Assembly (NCBI GenBank): GCA_964234715.1
Contig: OZ174283.1
Length of the DNA stretch: 64,000 bases
Origin: Podarcis melisellensis
Taxonomy: Eukaryota
Direction: 5' to 3' (one strand)
Below, piece by piece: positions 12,485-25,144 of the stretch (its first letter is position 1; each line of letters begins with the position of its first letter). The translations under genes and the position numbers were made by a program. The notes under the pieces are model-generated. The model saw only the letters and a program-made list of their open reading frames with translations, did no database searches and was not told where the DNA came from.

Positions 12485-12801
12485 TGCTTTCGGCTTCTTG
12501 TTACTGGAACAGAGCAGGATCTCAGTGTTTGAGTTCCTATAAATACTGTTGAGGGGGTGTGGTGTATAGCCTCCAATGTTCTGGGCAGAGAGGAAGTTCC
12601 CAGGCTAGTGTGCCTTTTCTTCTTTTGTTCCTTAATTACTTGAGGGATATCTTGAGTGATTTCTTGAGTGATATCCTGAGTACCACTTAGGTGGGTCATT
12701 AGGTGTGGATTGGTTGCTAAAGTCTTTGTGTCTTGACCTCTTGAACTTTGTGAAGAGTTTTTCTGAGAAGATGGCTGTACTGCACTTAGTTGTGCTCTGG
12801 C

Positions 12802-14192
12802 TTCCTCACACATCTCAACAGCCTACACCCCAAAATACAATTCACTATGGAAATAGAAGCCAACAACCAACTTCCCTTCCTTGACGTCCTAATCTACAAA
12901 AAAACCTGATGGCTCCCTAGGACACACTATCTACCGGGAAAAAAACACACACCAACCGCTACTTACATGCACAATCACACCACCACCCTGCACAAATAAA
13001 CTCCGTAGCCAAGACTCTCATCTCCAGAACCAAACGCCTGGCTGACAAAGACCACTTGACAACTGAGTTACAGAATCTCTCAAATGTGTTAATTGCCAAT
13101 GGATACCAGCAAAACAGGGTTACGAAGCTAATCCAAAAAGAAACACCCCCCAAAAACCAAGACACAGAAGAAAACAATGGCATGGCCCTCCTTCCTTATA
13201 TCAAGGGCACTACAGATAAAATTAGCAAAATCCTCCATAAACACAATATCAAAACAGCCTTTTGCACCAACCAAAAAATAGCCAATATCCTCAGAAACCC
13301 CAAGGATAAAATCCAGTTGGAAAACCAAGGGGTCTATGAAATACCCTGCAAAGTCTGCCCAGCCACGTACATTGGACAAACAAACAGACGAATAAATGCA
13401 CGTATCGCAGAACACAAGAATGCCGTCAAAAAAGAAGAAAAAACTTCCTCTCTTTTCCAACACATGAAAGAAACAGGACACGAAATTAATTTTGCAGATT
13501 CCAAATTGCTCTTTAACATGGAACATCACCACAAGAGAATAATCATGGAAGCCATCGAGATAGAGAAACACCCTCACAACATGAACAAGCGTGACGACAC
13601 ATCCCGCTTGCCAGACATCTGGAAATTAGCCCTCCCCACAAAAACTGACACCAGATCCAGAGGCACACAGAACGCCATCACCAATCAACCACACCAGACC
13701 CAAACCCAGACCCTCTCCACAGATAAATTACAGACACCATCCAGTAGCCAAACCATGGTGGCACCTCCGGATGCTGCACCCCCCTGCAATCCCTACACAG
13801 ATCTGGCTGACACAGGCCACAAAACCACAGCTCGCCCCTATACACGAAGCCAAGCCAGAGCACAACTAAGTGCAGTACAGCCATCTTCTCAGAAAAACTC
13901 TTCACAAAGTTCAAGAGGTCAAGACACAAAGACTTTAGCAACCAATCCACACCTAATGACCCACCTAAGTGGTACTCAGGATATCACTCAAGAAATCACT
14001 CAAGATATCCCTCAAGTAATTAAGGAACAAAAGAAGAAAAGGCACACTAGCCTGGGAACTTCCTCTCTGCCCAGAACATTGGAGGCTATACACCACACCC
14101 CCTCAACAGTATTTATAGGAACTCAAACACTGAGATCCTGCTCTGTTCCAGTAACAAGAAGCCGAAAGCACCAGCCTGAAGATGACGAGTGA
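12802..14192 (+). pseudogene. Penelope ORF remnant: RT C-terminal/thumb region + GIY-YIG endonuclease + T/Q/S-rich tail
   Basis: FLTHLNSLHPKIQFTMEIEANNQLPFLDVLI..YRKKTHTNRYLH..SHHHP, LPYIKG, GVYEIPCKVCPATYIGQTNR..R..EH, R.IMEAIEI, N.RDD. Two +1 frameshifts in homopolymers (~12900, ~12938), then open from 12939 to 14192. The RT catalytic core is missing. No Neptune-type Cys-rich linker. Confidence 0.93.
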
Positions 14193-14215
14193 GACCTCGT
14201 CGAAACGTCGCCTAG
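14171..14215 (+). ncRNA. Minimal type I hammerhead ribozyme motif in the Penelope pLTR
   Basis: CTGAAGA (14176-14182), extra T, stem II gacgag/ctcgtc (14184-14189 / 14196-14201), GAAA (14202-14205), CG, TC. Predicted cut after C14209. Stem I is weak. Confidence 0.7.
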
Positions 14216-15460
14216 ACACCCCAACTTTTACACGGGAAGACACCCGAGGACACCAAAACCTGCATTCCTGTACCCGTGAAAATCTACGAAAGCAAATATG
14301 TATGTATGTATATATATATATCCCTTTCTTACCTGTCATAAATGCTTCACTGCCTAGTTTATGAAAACCATCCAGGATTTATGTTAAGCTGGAATAGGAA
14401 TAATGGCTCAGAACAGCCACAAAGAAAACCATTTGAACTATTATCAGTTTAATAATCGCAGCCCTAGAGCCAGGAGATGTTCCAATGAATTTGCAGTTAA
14501 AAACAATAATTGAGCTATTTTTTTTTAAAAAAGGCAGAGAACATGAGGAATAGGTACTTATTTGTGTAATGCAATCATTCCATATTCAATGTTTTTAGAA
14601 AATAATTTCTGGAATGCAGTAATTGGCAGTGCTACATGTTAGCAGATCCCATTCTTAATCTGCCATAAAGCTCCCAGTTCATGCTGTGTAAGTGTAATTG
14701 TGTGACTTCCTCTTATCATTAATGAACTTCAAAAGAAGATAAAGATCTTAAAGCATTTGGGAGACCATACTTGATAAGTCTCTCAGCCCCAATTACCTAC
14801 CTTGGGAGGGTTTATAAATAATGCAAAGGGGCTTTGTTCTGGGAAGAAATAATTTGAGGAAAAACTCTTTGTGTTCCTTGTTCTCATTGGTCTTAAGATA
14901 CTTTTTTATGGTGTAGCTCTATATTTAAACATTTAAGGCCCCCTTTTCTCTTGCCAAAATATAAATACGGCTTACTGTAAATGAGGCTCAGCCTTTCTTC
15001 TTATCCGCAGCCAGGAAGATTGCAAAGGGTGCATTGGAAACATATGATGACCTTGAAGGACATAACTAATTTGCATAGTGTGGATGCACATAATTGGCAT
15101 ACTTGGCGTATCAGTTGCTCACATTTTATTGAGGAGGAACCAAGACACAAGAGGTGTGGCCCTTATTCAGAGACACCTTAACTGGCCTATGTTGGGAAAG
15201 AACTTAAACTAGCCTCTCAAAACTAATATGAACATCGAGAGATGAAAAGATGACCATTCTCTCTAAGAGCAAACTCTTGAGTGTCAACAGATTGGAAAGC
15301 AAAACAGGGCCAGAAGGAGGTATCAGCATGTCTGGGTGAACCTTGAGATAGGCAGAAGTACAAAACAAATCCATCCTAGTGATGATTAAGCATGCTCGGT
15401 TGTCTCCAGGAGTGACAGAATATTATGTGCCAGTTGGCAAAGTAAATTGAGTAACTAAAG

Positions 15461-15898
15461 CAGGGCTGGGGAAGCTGTGGGTGAGGTGTGCTAACTCCTA
15501 GGGGTGGAGGTGTCTTCGGCCCCCTCAAAATCTGCTGGCATGGGGCCAGGCCTCCTCAGTGCTAAGGGGTCGGAGGAGGTTGATCACTGAGCCGAGAGTG
15601 GTGCTGTTCAGTGGCTGGTTCCTCCTGAGTATGAGAAAGAAAGCTGTGCCACACTGGTATCTGTGTTTAGCCTCCTGATGTTGTGACATCATGCACATGA
15701 CATCACACAGGCAGCACATGCCGGGCGCCTATCACCACACACACACAGTGAATGGCAGGTGGCACTCCTCAATCTTGGGTGCAAGACAGCACCTCTGCTG
15801 CAGGCATCCAGATGTTGGTGGACTTCAGCATAACCAATGGTCAGGGGTGGGAGTTGTAATACAACAACATGTAGAAGGCTGCAGGTTCCCATCCCCTG
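15461..15898. mobile_element. Short hAT-type MITE apparently interrupted by another MITE (~15482-15796)
   Basis: Head cagggctggggaagctgtgg and tail ccagatgttggtggact...gcaggttcccatcccctg are separated by an insert with gaggtgtgct / agcacctctg ends and aactcctagggg. Confidence 0.5.
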
Positions 15899-16607
15899 CA
15901 GTAGAGACACCCGACCTTTAGGGATTTAATGCGACCATTTGTTCCTCGAACGAATGTTTTCATTCTTCATCTCAAAAGTTCAGTAGACCTTTTATCTCAG
16001 CACATAAGCATTATTTTAAAACCAATATTTTACAGAGTTGGAAAACTATTACCTTCTCATCAAAAGTGCCCTTATGAAGGAAGCCAACAACTTTTCTAGC
16101 ATTATTTCTCTCTCTCATTCAATAGCTATCGTGTACATTTAAAAAGCCGTTAAATGAAAAATTGTATTTCTTGCATAGAAAGAGCCAGAACTCAAACTGG
16201 CTTTCATCTTAATTAATCAACAGCTTGATTCATCCCCACTTAAAAGAAAGCACTTAGATTTATATAATTCCATTAACTCCAGTTGACTCTTGTATTTGGC
16301 TGTAAATCTGTACTGGGTTTTACAGTTTATTAATTCAAACCCTCTCTTCTGCTGACTGAAATACTTCAACCTGGGGAGATAATAATCCTTGTACGTTCAA
16401 TTGTAAGAAATTTATTGTTACATAAGCTTCCCTGGACTAGAGCCTGCTTCATATAGTGGTTAACGGATATGAAGTGCTCACTAGTAATTTAAATCAAAAG
16501 GTGAAATTACCAGTAACAGTGCAATTGAATACTTAGATTCAATGAGGCTTACTCTCAAGGAAGTGTTCACTTAACTGCAGCCTAAGTGTCCTCTCTCGCC
16601 TCCTCTC

Positions 16608-16860
16608 GCCAGTGTGGTGTAGTGGTTAAGAGCGGTAGTCTCGTAATCTGGGGAACCGGGTTCGCGTCTCCGCTCCTCCACATGCAACTGCTGGGTGACC
16701 TTGGGCTGATCACACTTCTCTGAAGTCTTTCAGCCCTACTCACCTCACAGAGTGTTTGTTGTGGGGGAGGAAGGGAAAGGAGAATGTTAGCTGCTTTGAG
16801 ACTCCTTCGGGTAGTGATAAAGCGGGATGTCAAATCCAAACTCTTCTTCTTCTTCTTCTT
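16608..16860 (+). mobile_element. tRNA-derived SINE, Squam3-like
   Basis: A box tggtgtagtgg, B-box-like ggttcgcgtc, CORE-like gctgggtgaccttgggc, (ctt)n tail. Second copy at 38115. Confidence 0.88.
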
Positions 16861-17885
16861 CCTGACAAAGCAATCTCCCCGCCCTTTGTGCTGGGCAGAG
16901 GTGTCCCCCCAGTAGACCTACAGGCCTCCATCAGCCTCCCAATGTCAGCCGCATCACTATTCCACTGGTGCAGAGCCCCTGCTTCATCCCATCAACCGAA
17001 GATGAAGCTTTCTTGAGTGGGGTTGGGGCAAACTGACCTGGGATCCATTGTATCCTGAGCTAGCCCTGTTGCCGCTACATGATGGCAACAGGCTTGTTCC
17101 AGGTCCAATCACTGCACCAGCATCAGGCTGGCGCAGCAATCTGCCTCCATTTCCCACATGTCGCAGGTATAGCAGTGACCCCGTGTCTCTATAATTTCCC
17201 TTTGGACTGAGGTAGCTAGGATTGCTCACTTAGTCTTCCTGTTCCTGCCTTTCTATACCTTTATTGCTCTTTCATCACCCAAAATACACACGTGCATTTC
17301 CTCCACCACTTCCTCATCACCAGGCTTCCTCCGCTTCACTTTTCTCAGGCTTCTGGCTCTTCTCTGTTTTCTGAGATTCTCTTGCTATTCTCCCTTTCTT
17401 AAAACTCACACCCTCTTCATTCTCCTTGCTCTGCTACCACCCATTTGACGCCAGCGGTGCTCAGGTGACCCTAGTGTCTGTGTGAAGTTACTCTCCTAGG
17501 CAAGCTGACCTTTCACTTTCCCTCCAAAAATGCAGTAAAATTTTGCTGAGATTCTGTGTTCCACCGCAGTTAATATTTACAAGCATGTCATACCATTATA
17601 GAAGTGTCCAACCAATTACATAGATACAAAATGGCTGGGAGAGTTCTAACTCAGGCATGCAAAAGTATGGCTGTTTGTATAAGATTCTGTCTTCATAACC
17701 TATTATAAGTGTATCAAGGAGGCCTTGGATAAGCATAATAATACATATTTGTATGCTGGGGAGGGGAACAGATGGAAAAATCTGAAATAATCAGAAACAC
17801 ATGGGGTTGGATTTTTTATTTATGGTCATTTTTTAATATTGCCTTTCCTTATATCCCCGGGGCAATTTAGAGGAAAGAATCATTA

Positions 17886-17887
<2 letters not shown>

Positions 17888-17967
<80 letters not shown>
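17888..17967. repeat. Compound (CT)n(CA)n microsatellite
   Basis: Directly visible. Confidence 0.98.
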
Positions 17968-17972
<5 letters not shown>

Positions 17973-19151
17973 GAAAGTGTACAACATCACAGAAGTAACA
18001 TAAAACAGTCAGAAAGATTAATATCGTATCCCAAGCTTGAGAAGATAAAAGGTAGATTCCAGGTGAAACTTTATGGGAAGAGCATTCAATAATTATGGCC
18101 CCACTCCTTGAAGACCCTCTCTCTAGCACACAGCTGCCTCAGCTCAATTGTTGGGGCACCCACAAGAGGTCCTTCCCTGTAGGCCTTAATGTACAAAGAG
18201 TCAGACATGGTAACCCTTGTCTGCACTAAGCACTGATAGCAGGATTATGCCACTTTAAACAGGCATGGCTTCTCCCAAAGGATCCTAGGCGCTGTAATTT
18301 GTTAAGGAACTGAGAGTTGTTAGGAGACCCCAGGTCTCTTCAGATAGCTACAATTCCCAGAACTCCTTGCAAAGATGGACTGATTGTTACTCTCTGAGAA
18401 CTGTAGCTCCCTGAGGTGAACTGGAGAAAAACATAGGTCAAATATATGTTGCCAGTGCTTTTCCATTTTCACACAGTGTGAACAGAATAGCTTTTCTTTT
18501 AAGGGAATCATAGGACACCGGTTATGGGGGTCATTTATGATGGCCAAACTTTATTCCAAACTGTTCAGAAAGTGTATGTAATTTGAGTGTAATCTCAATT
18601 GAAAGCTCCACTTTGGGAATACTTCTTTTTATGCAAAGGTCCGAGTTTGCAAATGCAAACTGCAAATGCAGCTGTCAACATTCTACAAAGCTGTGGGGGA
18701 AAATAACAATTTGTGATGATGATCTGTTCTGGGTCTTGGGAGATCTGGTTACATTTTTGTGTTCCACAGACATTTTTTGTGTCCCACAGAGTTTTTACAT
18801 GATCTAAGGCAAATGGTTTAGATTCTTAGCTTCTATTGAAGTTCCTGTGAGGAGCAATAGCAAAGAACCAGCCAACCAGCTTGGAAGTGGGTTCTCTGTC
18901 TATACAAAGTAAGGAAAAACCAGTCAACTGAGATAGATACCTCCAAAATGCTCCTTTAAACCTAATCCTGTGCCCAGCAATATAGCCAGGAGTATGTCAA
19001 ATATACTCAATATATTGCTCAATATTTCTATCCTCTAAGACGTGATACGAAATTCCTTAACTCTTTCTTCTGGAATTGGAACTTGTGTTTTACTGAGTAC
19101 TAGTACTCTAACTTAGTACTACTGCTCTAACTGTAATGATATGAGCATTCT

Positions 19152-19410
19152 TAAAGGTAAAGGTAAAGGGACCCCTGACCATTAGGTCCAGTCGTGACCG
19201 ACTCTGGGGTTACGGCGCTCATCTCGCTTTATTAGCCAAGGGAGCCGGCATACAGCTTCCGGGTCATGTGGCCAGCATGACTAAGCTGCTTCTGGTGAAC
19301 CAGAGCAGCGCACGGAAATGCCGTTTACCTTCCCACCGGAGCGGTACATATTTATCTACTTGCGCTTTGACGTGCTTTCAAACTGCTAGGTTGGCAAGAG
19401 CAGGGACCGA
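19152..19410 (-). mobile_element. Sauria SINE, 5'-truncated
   Basis: Tail and body match 3075-3418; the tRNA head is absent. Confidence 0.93.
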
Positions 19411-19453
19411 ATTTTGGAGAGAAACTTGGAGAAGCCAGAGAACGAAGCTGGTA

Positions 19454-19678
19454 CAGTGGTACCTCGGGTTACAGATGTTTCAGGTTACAGACTCCGCTAA
19501 CCCAGAAATAGTACCTCGGGTTAAGAACTTTGTTTCAGGGTGAGAAAGAAAACGTGCTTCGGCGGTGCAGCGGCAGCGGGATGCCCCATTAGCTAAAGTG
19601 GTACCTCAGGTTAAGAACAGTTTCAGGTTAAGAACGGACCTCCAGAACCAATTATGTTCTTAACCCAAGGTACCACTG
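19454..19678. mobile_element. Tc1/mariner (Tigger-like) MITE
   Basis: TIRs cagtggtacctcgggtta / taacccaaggtaccactg, TA TSD. Confidence 0.93.
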
Positions 19679-21310
19679 TACTTTCTGGAGGCAAATAATG
19701 TGTTATGTCACTGTATTCCCTCCTCACTTGAGGTGCACTGAGCTTCTTCAAATGGCCCATGAAATCGTTGTCTCTATCCTTCCCTTGCTATCTCTCTCCT
19801 TTGTCTTTTCACTTTATTACACTGCTCCTGATGGTTACTGGAAGCCTGAATGCCATGCCTCTCAAAAACATGCTATTCAAGGTCTAGGGTGGCATCTCAA
19901 GTGATATGTGTTGAGTCATCTGACTACTAGATAAATAACTGACCTATAGGTTGCAACACCAGAGATACTATGTGACCACAGGTGCAAATCTGACAGCTAC
20001 AGTCAGAAATTACTCTCATTAATTCGTTCACCTCAGTTTTATTGTTCCTGGATGTATAACATACCTATAAACCGAGGTGCTGGGCACCCACTTGAAACCA
20101 AGCCTTGAACCTAGAGCAGACAGCATAAGAATAAATAAGCTGCCGTAACATGAAAGAAATGTAGTTTAACTTTAATGAAGATTGAAAGGTTGGTTCTGTA
20201 TCACAGAGTAAATTTTCACTGCCTTCCAGTACCAGGCTGGAATGTGTATACAGAGTTTTTACTATGACGTATGAGTTGATTAGCCTTGACAGGAGAACAT
20301 GTTTAATTACTGAAGAGGCTTTTTAATTGTGGTTTGTGGGCAGCTTTTGTGTTTTGGGAGGTGTGTCATAAGTTGTAGATGAGATGGTCCTGGACCAGAG
20401 AGGCAATAGTTCCGAATGAGAACTGGACTACATATATAAACAGGACTAGTTGCTGGCAAAAGTATTACTGGCTTTATAAAAATAGCAGATGTGGAGGGAA
20501 AGGGTGCCAAGACGACTAACACAATCTCAGCGGGAAGCCGTTGGCATGTAAATGTTAATGACCCAACAAGGCACCATGAAGGAAGACGTTTGCTAGAAAT
20601 CCAAAAATGTGGATGAAGTTGCCGAGAGTAACATTCCCAGGGGAAGGAAGGGGGAGGAGAATACCTAATAAATATGTGTAATGTGAGCACTGCAGTGTTT
20701 AAGCCTTAAAATGTTTGGCGAAGGAAATTAGAATTTATAAGTCATTAAACTAAAGATAAATCCAGGAGTTGAATAATTCTGCCAGAGTACTGGAGTGAGT
20801 AGAAAAAAGGGGGGCTGGGCAGCAGCGCACAACAAAAGTGCTGCTGTCAGATTTGATGGCTTGGAGCTTATATTTATTTATTTGGATTTATTGATATTTC
20901 CATCCTACATTGAAAGCACAGGTTAGGCTGCAACATTTAATCCTGCGTACACGACCAGATTCAGCAATGATTTACTTCTTGTAGGGCACCATTTGATATT
21001 AGTTAGAACCAGAACCCTGTGATGGGCTGTGAGGGAAATCAGAATGGGGAATTACTGGAATCTGGTGGTGCTTCCTTTCCGTTCCAGAGAGCCCTGGTGT
21101 TGAGTCAGATCTCACAGGGCATGCATGATATCACCATCCTGCTAGAGATTATGCATGTGCAAGAGAGCCTGTGGTGGATTCTGGAAACAGTTCTACAGGT
21201 TCTGTGGAAGTATGGGCAAAAAAATCAAGTCCTGCCAAACAAATTCTGGATACAAATGTAGGTTGACGGATGCTGTGGCTTTGTTCTCCTTTTTATAAAG
21301 CCATTTATAA

Positions 21311-21451
21311 CAGGGTTGGGGATACCATACCATATGCCTCAGATGTTGTTGCACTCCAAGGCTCATCAGCCCATCCAGCAAAGCCCAAGGGCAGGAATGA
21401 TCAGAGTTGTAGTCCTGCAACATCTGGGGGAACAGACATTCCCCGCTGCTG
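21311..21451. mobile_element. Short hAT-type MITE
   Basis: cagggttgggga ... ttccccgctgctg termini, perfect 8-bp TSD atttataa (21303-21310, 21452-21459). Confidence 0.8.
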
Positions 21452-21771
21452 ATTTATAATTCCCAATGGGGAATGCATTCATTTTTAAAATGCAGAAAAG
21501 ATTTCATAATCCACAATACTTTTTTTTAAAATGGAAAAAGTTGCACCATTAAGAATAACAAATTCTAGAGAAAGGAAACATGACTTTCTACTTACCAGCA
21601 TTGAACATATGGAGCTTTTAAGATTCAAAACAAGACTCTGAATTCTATCAAGTAAGAAAAAGAAAAATCAGGATAGGAGCACATAAGGAGGTACCGTTGT
21701 CACTTTGAGTGGTTTATATATTTCTTTATTTGGATTTATTTTTCATCTTACTTTGAAAGTATAGGCTAGGT

Positions 21772-22518
21772 CAGGGGTCACCAACCTGACCATGGTGCCC
21801 ACCAGGGGCTTCTAGGATGCCCTCAGGATAAACCGTTTCTAGGTTTCAATAAAACCAAAAGTGAGTTTCTAGCATTTTCTGAACCTAGGGGGCAAAATGT
21901 ACAAACACCATGTACATGATAAATTAGCCTGCTCCATGCCTTTCAGTGGTTTACTCTGCCTCTCGAAAAGCCTCCCCCACCCACCGGGAATCCTGCAAAC
22001 ACCCATGTGTGTGAGAGGAAAAATACACTTGGAAGGGGGATAGAGCTACATGTGGTCTGTGTGAGAGAGGGAGATATGCATTTGGCAGGACAGGTGTACT
22101 GCATAAGTGAAGTTTCTGTGTGTGAGATATATATATATAGAGAGAGAGGGGGGGAGATGCACATGTGTTTGTGCTCAGCATGTGTGTGATGAGTGTGCGC
22201 GCGCAAGATTCACCTTGTATATTTTTTCCTGTTACTAGGGAATGCTCCATGTTGTTGGTGTGCATTGTTATGTGTGTATGGTATTAATATTGTGTGATCT
22301 CCACCATCAAAGCCAGCAGGATATAGCTAGCTACCCAAGGTAAGCCTGAAGTTGCCCATGGCACGGAGAAGAAACAATGAATGTACTCTCTATAGTTATT
22401 ATACAATATCCTGCCTTGCAGTCATTGTGTCCTATGCCATGCTGCCACGGCAGCCATTTTGTGACGGATGTCTCAAAACTTAACACGTGCCCTGCTCCAA
22501 AAAGGTTATAGACCCCTG
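21772..22518. mobile_element. Non-autonomous hAT-type element
   Basis: TIRs caggggtcaccaacct / aggttatagacccctg (13/16). TSD degraded (ggctaggt / cgctaaag). Confidence 0.5.
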
Positions 22519-22900
22519 CGCTAAAGTAACACACTGTGTCATGGAGGATAGACTTGTCAATGACTATGAGCCACATTTACTCAACAGAACTCAGAGTACA
22601 GGCTTTTGGTGTGATCGTATGTGTGGAAGTGTCCAAATGTAAGGGAAGGGTTGTTGCCTTCCTGCATTACTTAGGTGCTTCCTAAAAACATCTGCATCCC
22701 AGCGCTTTGTCTAATTAAGCAACCTATGGCTTTTAAAACTGCCTATGGGAGGTATTGTTTGTTACTCTGTTGTGCATTATTGTGTTGTAATCTGATCCTC
22801 GGTTGAAGGGTGGGATGGAAATTCAATAGATAGATAATTAGATAAATAAATAAAAATACTTGTATGCAGTTCGATACCAGATGCTGGCCTTTACTCTTGA

Positions 22901-23088
22901 ACATAAGACGATTCTGTCAGATCAGACCAAAGGCCTATCTAGCTCAGCATCTTGTCCTCACAGCAGCTAATCAGATGCCTATGGGAAGCCTGCAAAGTGT
23001 ACATTCTACTACCTTGTGATCTCCAGTGATGGGTCTACAGAGGTGTATTGCCTCCGATAGTGGAGGTGGAACATAACCTTCATGGCTA
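22901..23088 (-). mobile_element. CR1 LINE 3' UTR fragment
   Basis: Reverse complement of the tail at 1937-2150 (cataaga...atcagaccaaaggcctatctag...cagatgcctatgggaagcctgcaa). Confidence 0.7.
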
Positions 23089-25144
23089 TTAAACTACCCT
23101 CCTCCAATTTGTTTCACCTTGCTAGCCATGGTGGCTCTGTTCTACACTGTTTGGGGTGATGTGTACCCTACAAGGCTGTTCTTGAACATGACCAGAGTTC
23201 GTTCAACCCATCATTTGCATTATCTATATTTGAGGCAGTTTATCAATCACTTAAAAGTGATCTTCCAAATGTCCAGCTTTTGCAACATCAGCAGCAGCAA
23301 AAAAGAAGAGGGGATTAAATTAAAGCCTCTAAAGACTTCTCTACAGGATTTGCTTTACTGGCATCATTCTGTATTCTGCCCATGTGGTCCCCCTTTGTCT
23401 TTCTATGTGTTTCAATTGCTTTGTAATTTCCTCTTCAAGATATGGGGAGTGGTAGTGGTGCCAGAAGGAAGTCTGTGGAATCATTGAAATCCAAAAAGTC
23501 TATTAAAAACACTACTTGGCCTTTTCTAGATGTAGGAGAAATTGCCAACAGCCATTTGCAGAACTAGAAATAAATGTTGGACATTAATCTTGGAAAGATA
23601 TTATTCTGCATGACTAGGATATGCTACAGGACGTATAGCTGGTATTCCTTCTGCAGTGACAGCTGGCTCTTTCCTCAGTTATTCCCCTTTCATTTCGGGA
23701 CCCATTGAGAACTAAATTACATTTCTGCTGGAACTGAAACTCTTCCACTGACTAAATAAATATTTCTTTTTTGACTCTCCTAATTTATCATCTGAAAACA
23801 TTTTTGAAAAGAGATTCAACTGAATTACTGATCTGACAAAGAACTGTATGGTCACAAAGCTCAGTTTGATAGAGCCTCCAACCAGAATAGCTTTGTTTGT
23901 CTCCAGCTATTACAAAGTTTAAAAATTCTCAAGAATAATAACTTTAAATTATCCTGTAAAGATGAAATACAATCTAGGTGACGTTCATATACAGATTTAC
24001 ATCTTCCTTTAATTTTCCAGAGGGAGACTTGATTTCCTGTTCTATTCTAAGCATGTGGATACAGACATATATAAAGCTGCCCCAAATAAGTGGACTTTAC
24101 TCCCAGGGAAGTGGGCTATAATTTGTAGGTATGAGGCAGATTACAGACCATGCCACACTTTTCAGTGTCCCATGCTGATTTGTAATCCTGTCCTGTGTTC
24201 TAGCAATGTTAGTCCTATTCAGAGTAGACCTATTGAAATTAATGGACCTAACTTAGTCACACCTCATCATTTCAGTGGGCCTACTCTGAGACTAATCTTG
24301 GATGCAACCCAGAACATCTTATTTTTATTATATTATTAATGCCCATGTCTTTAAAAAGAGAGAAGTACATAATTAACTCCCCCACTGATATAGTTGGGTT
24401 GGGTCCTGTTGGAATTTGAATTTTATTGCAGGCCAGAAAAACCTAAAGAGCTAGAAATGGAACCAAGGCAAAAAGGTGCTTTGATATCATTCACCCAGTA
24501 AAGTGGCTGTTCTGTAGACAAAAATGTATTGCTGAACTAAATATTGTTGGCAGGTTTTCTTTCCCCCTGACCTCAGTGCTTTACTTTTCAACTCTGAATC
24601 TGCACATGGTCTAATTATGCTTTTGCATTTACTGTTGCAACATGTACAGTGTAGGACAAGGGCTTGTTAACCATAAGCATCTCTCCGGTTGGCAGGCAGC
24701 CTGCAGCAGCACTTCTAACAGATGTTTCTGCTTTATAGATCAATACAAGAGGAGCTCTTGCCTTGTCCAGGATGGAAACAAATGCCAGCACAGCGTTCCA
24801 GTGACAACTACTATGACACAAGGAGGTTGATCAGAGATGCCATGCTTTATGGTCACCGCCACCAATGAAAAATAAAGTGATATTAAAAGAGGCATGTTTT
24901 AATGATTCATCTAGAGTTGATGAGACACTGGCAAGACTCCTGTCTTTTTGAAACAGAAGTGGGAAATCTTTTTGTTTTTTGGCTTGGGACTACCTTCTTT
25001 TGTGGGCCACATACCAGCAATGGGTGAAGCCAAAGGCAAAAATAGGCGAGATGAAATTCTTACCTTTGTGCAGTAAACTACATTCAGTGGAACCTGGTGC
25101 CCATTGGACCTGGCAGAAGAGCAGGACGCCAACAGTAGCAGGGG

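Larger units (their letters stand above)
12361..14296 (+). mobile_element. Penelope-like retroelement (Penelope/Poseidon clade), 5'-truncated, with inverted pseudo-LTR, in a (TA)n tract
   Basis: RT C-terminus plus GIY-YIG ORF. 12361-12803 is the reverse complement of 13852-14296. Flanked by (TA)n at 12342-12360 and 14297-14321. Confidence 0.95.

Noticed and set aside
12463-12813. 116-aa minus-strand ORF identical to the Penelope C-terminus
   Set aside because: Simply the inverted pLTR copy, not a separate gene.
15011-15069. Possible terminal exon ARKIAKGALETYDDLEGHN* after a pyrimidine tract
   Set aside because: Too short, not recognised, and no supporting upstream exons.
17110-17190. Minus-strand CYTCDMWE motif resembling a CR1 ORF1 zinc finger
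   Set aside because: A single short motif with stops nearby and no further ORF1 similarity.
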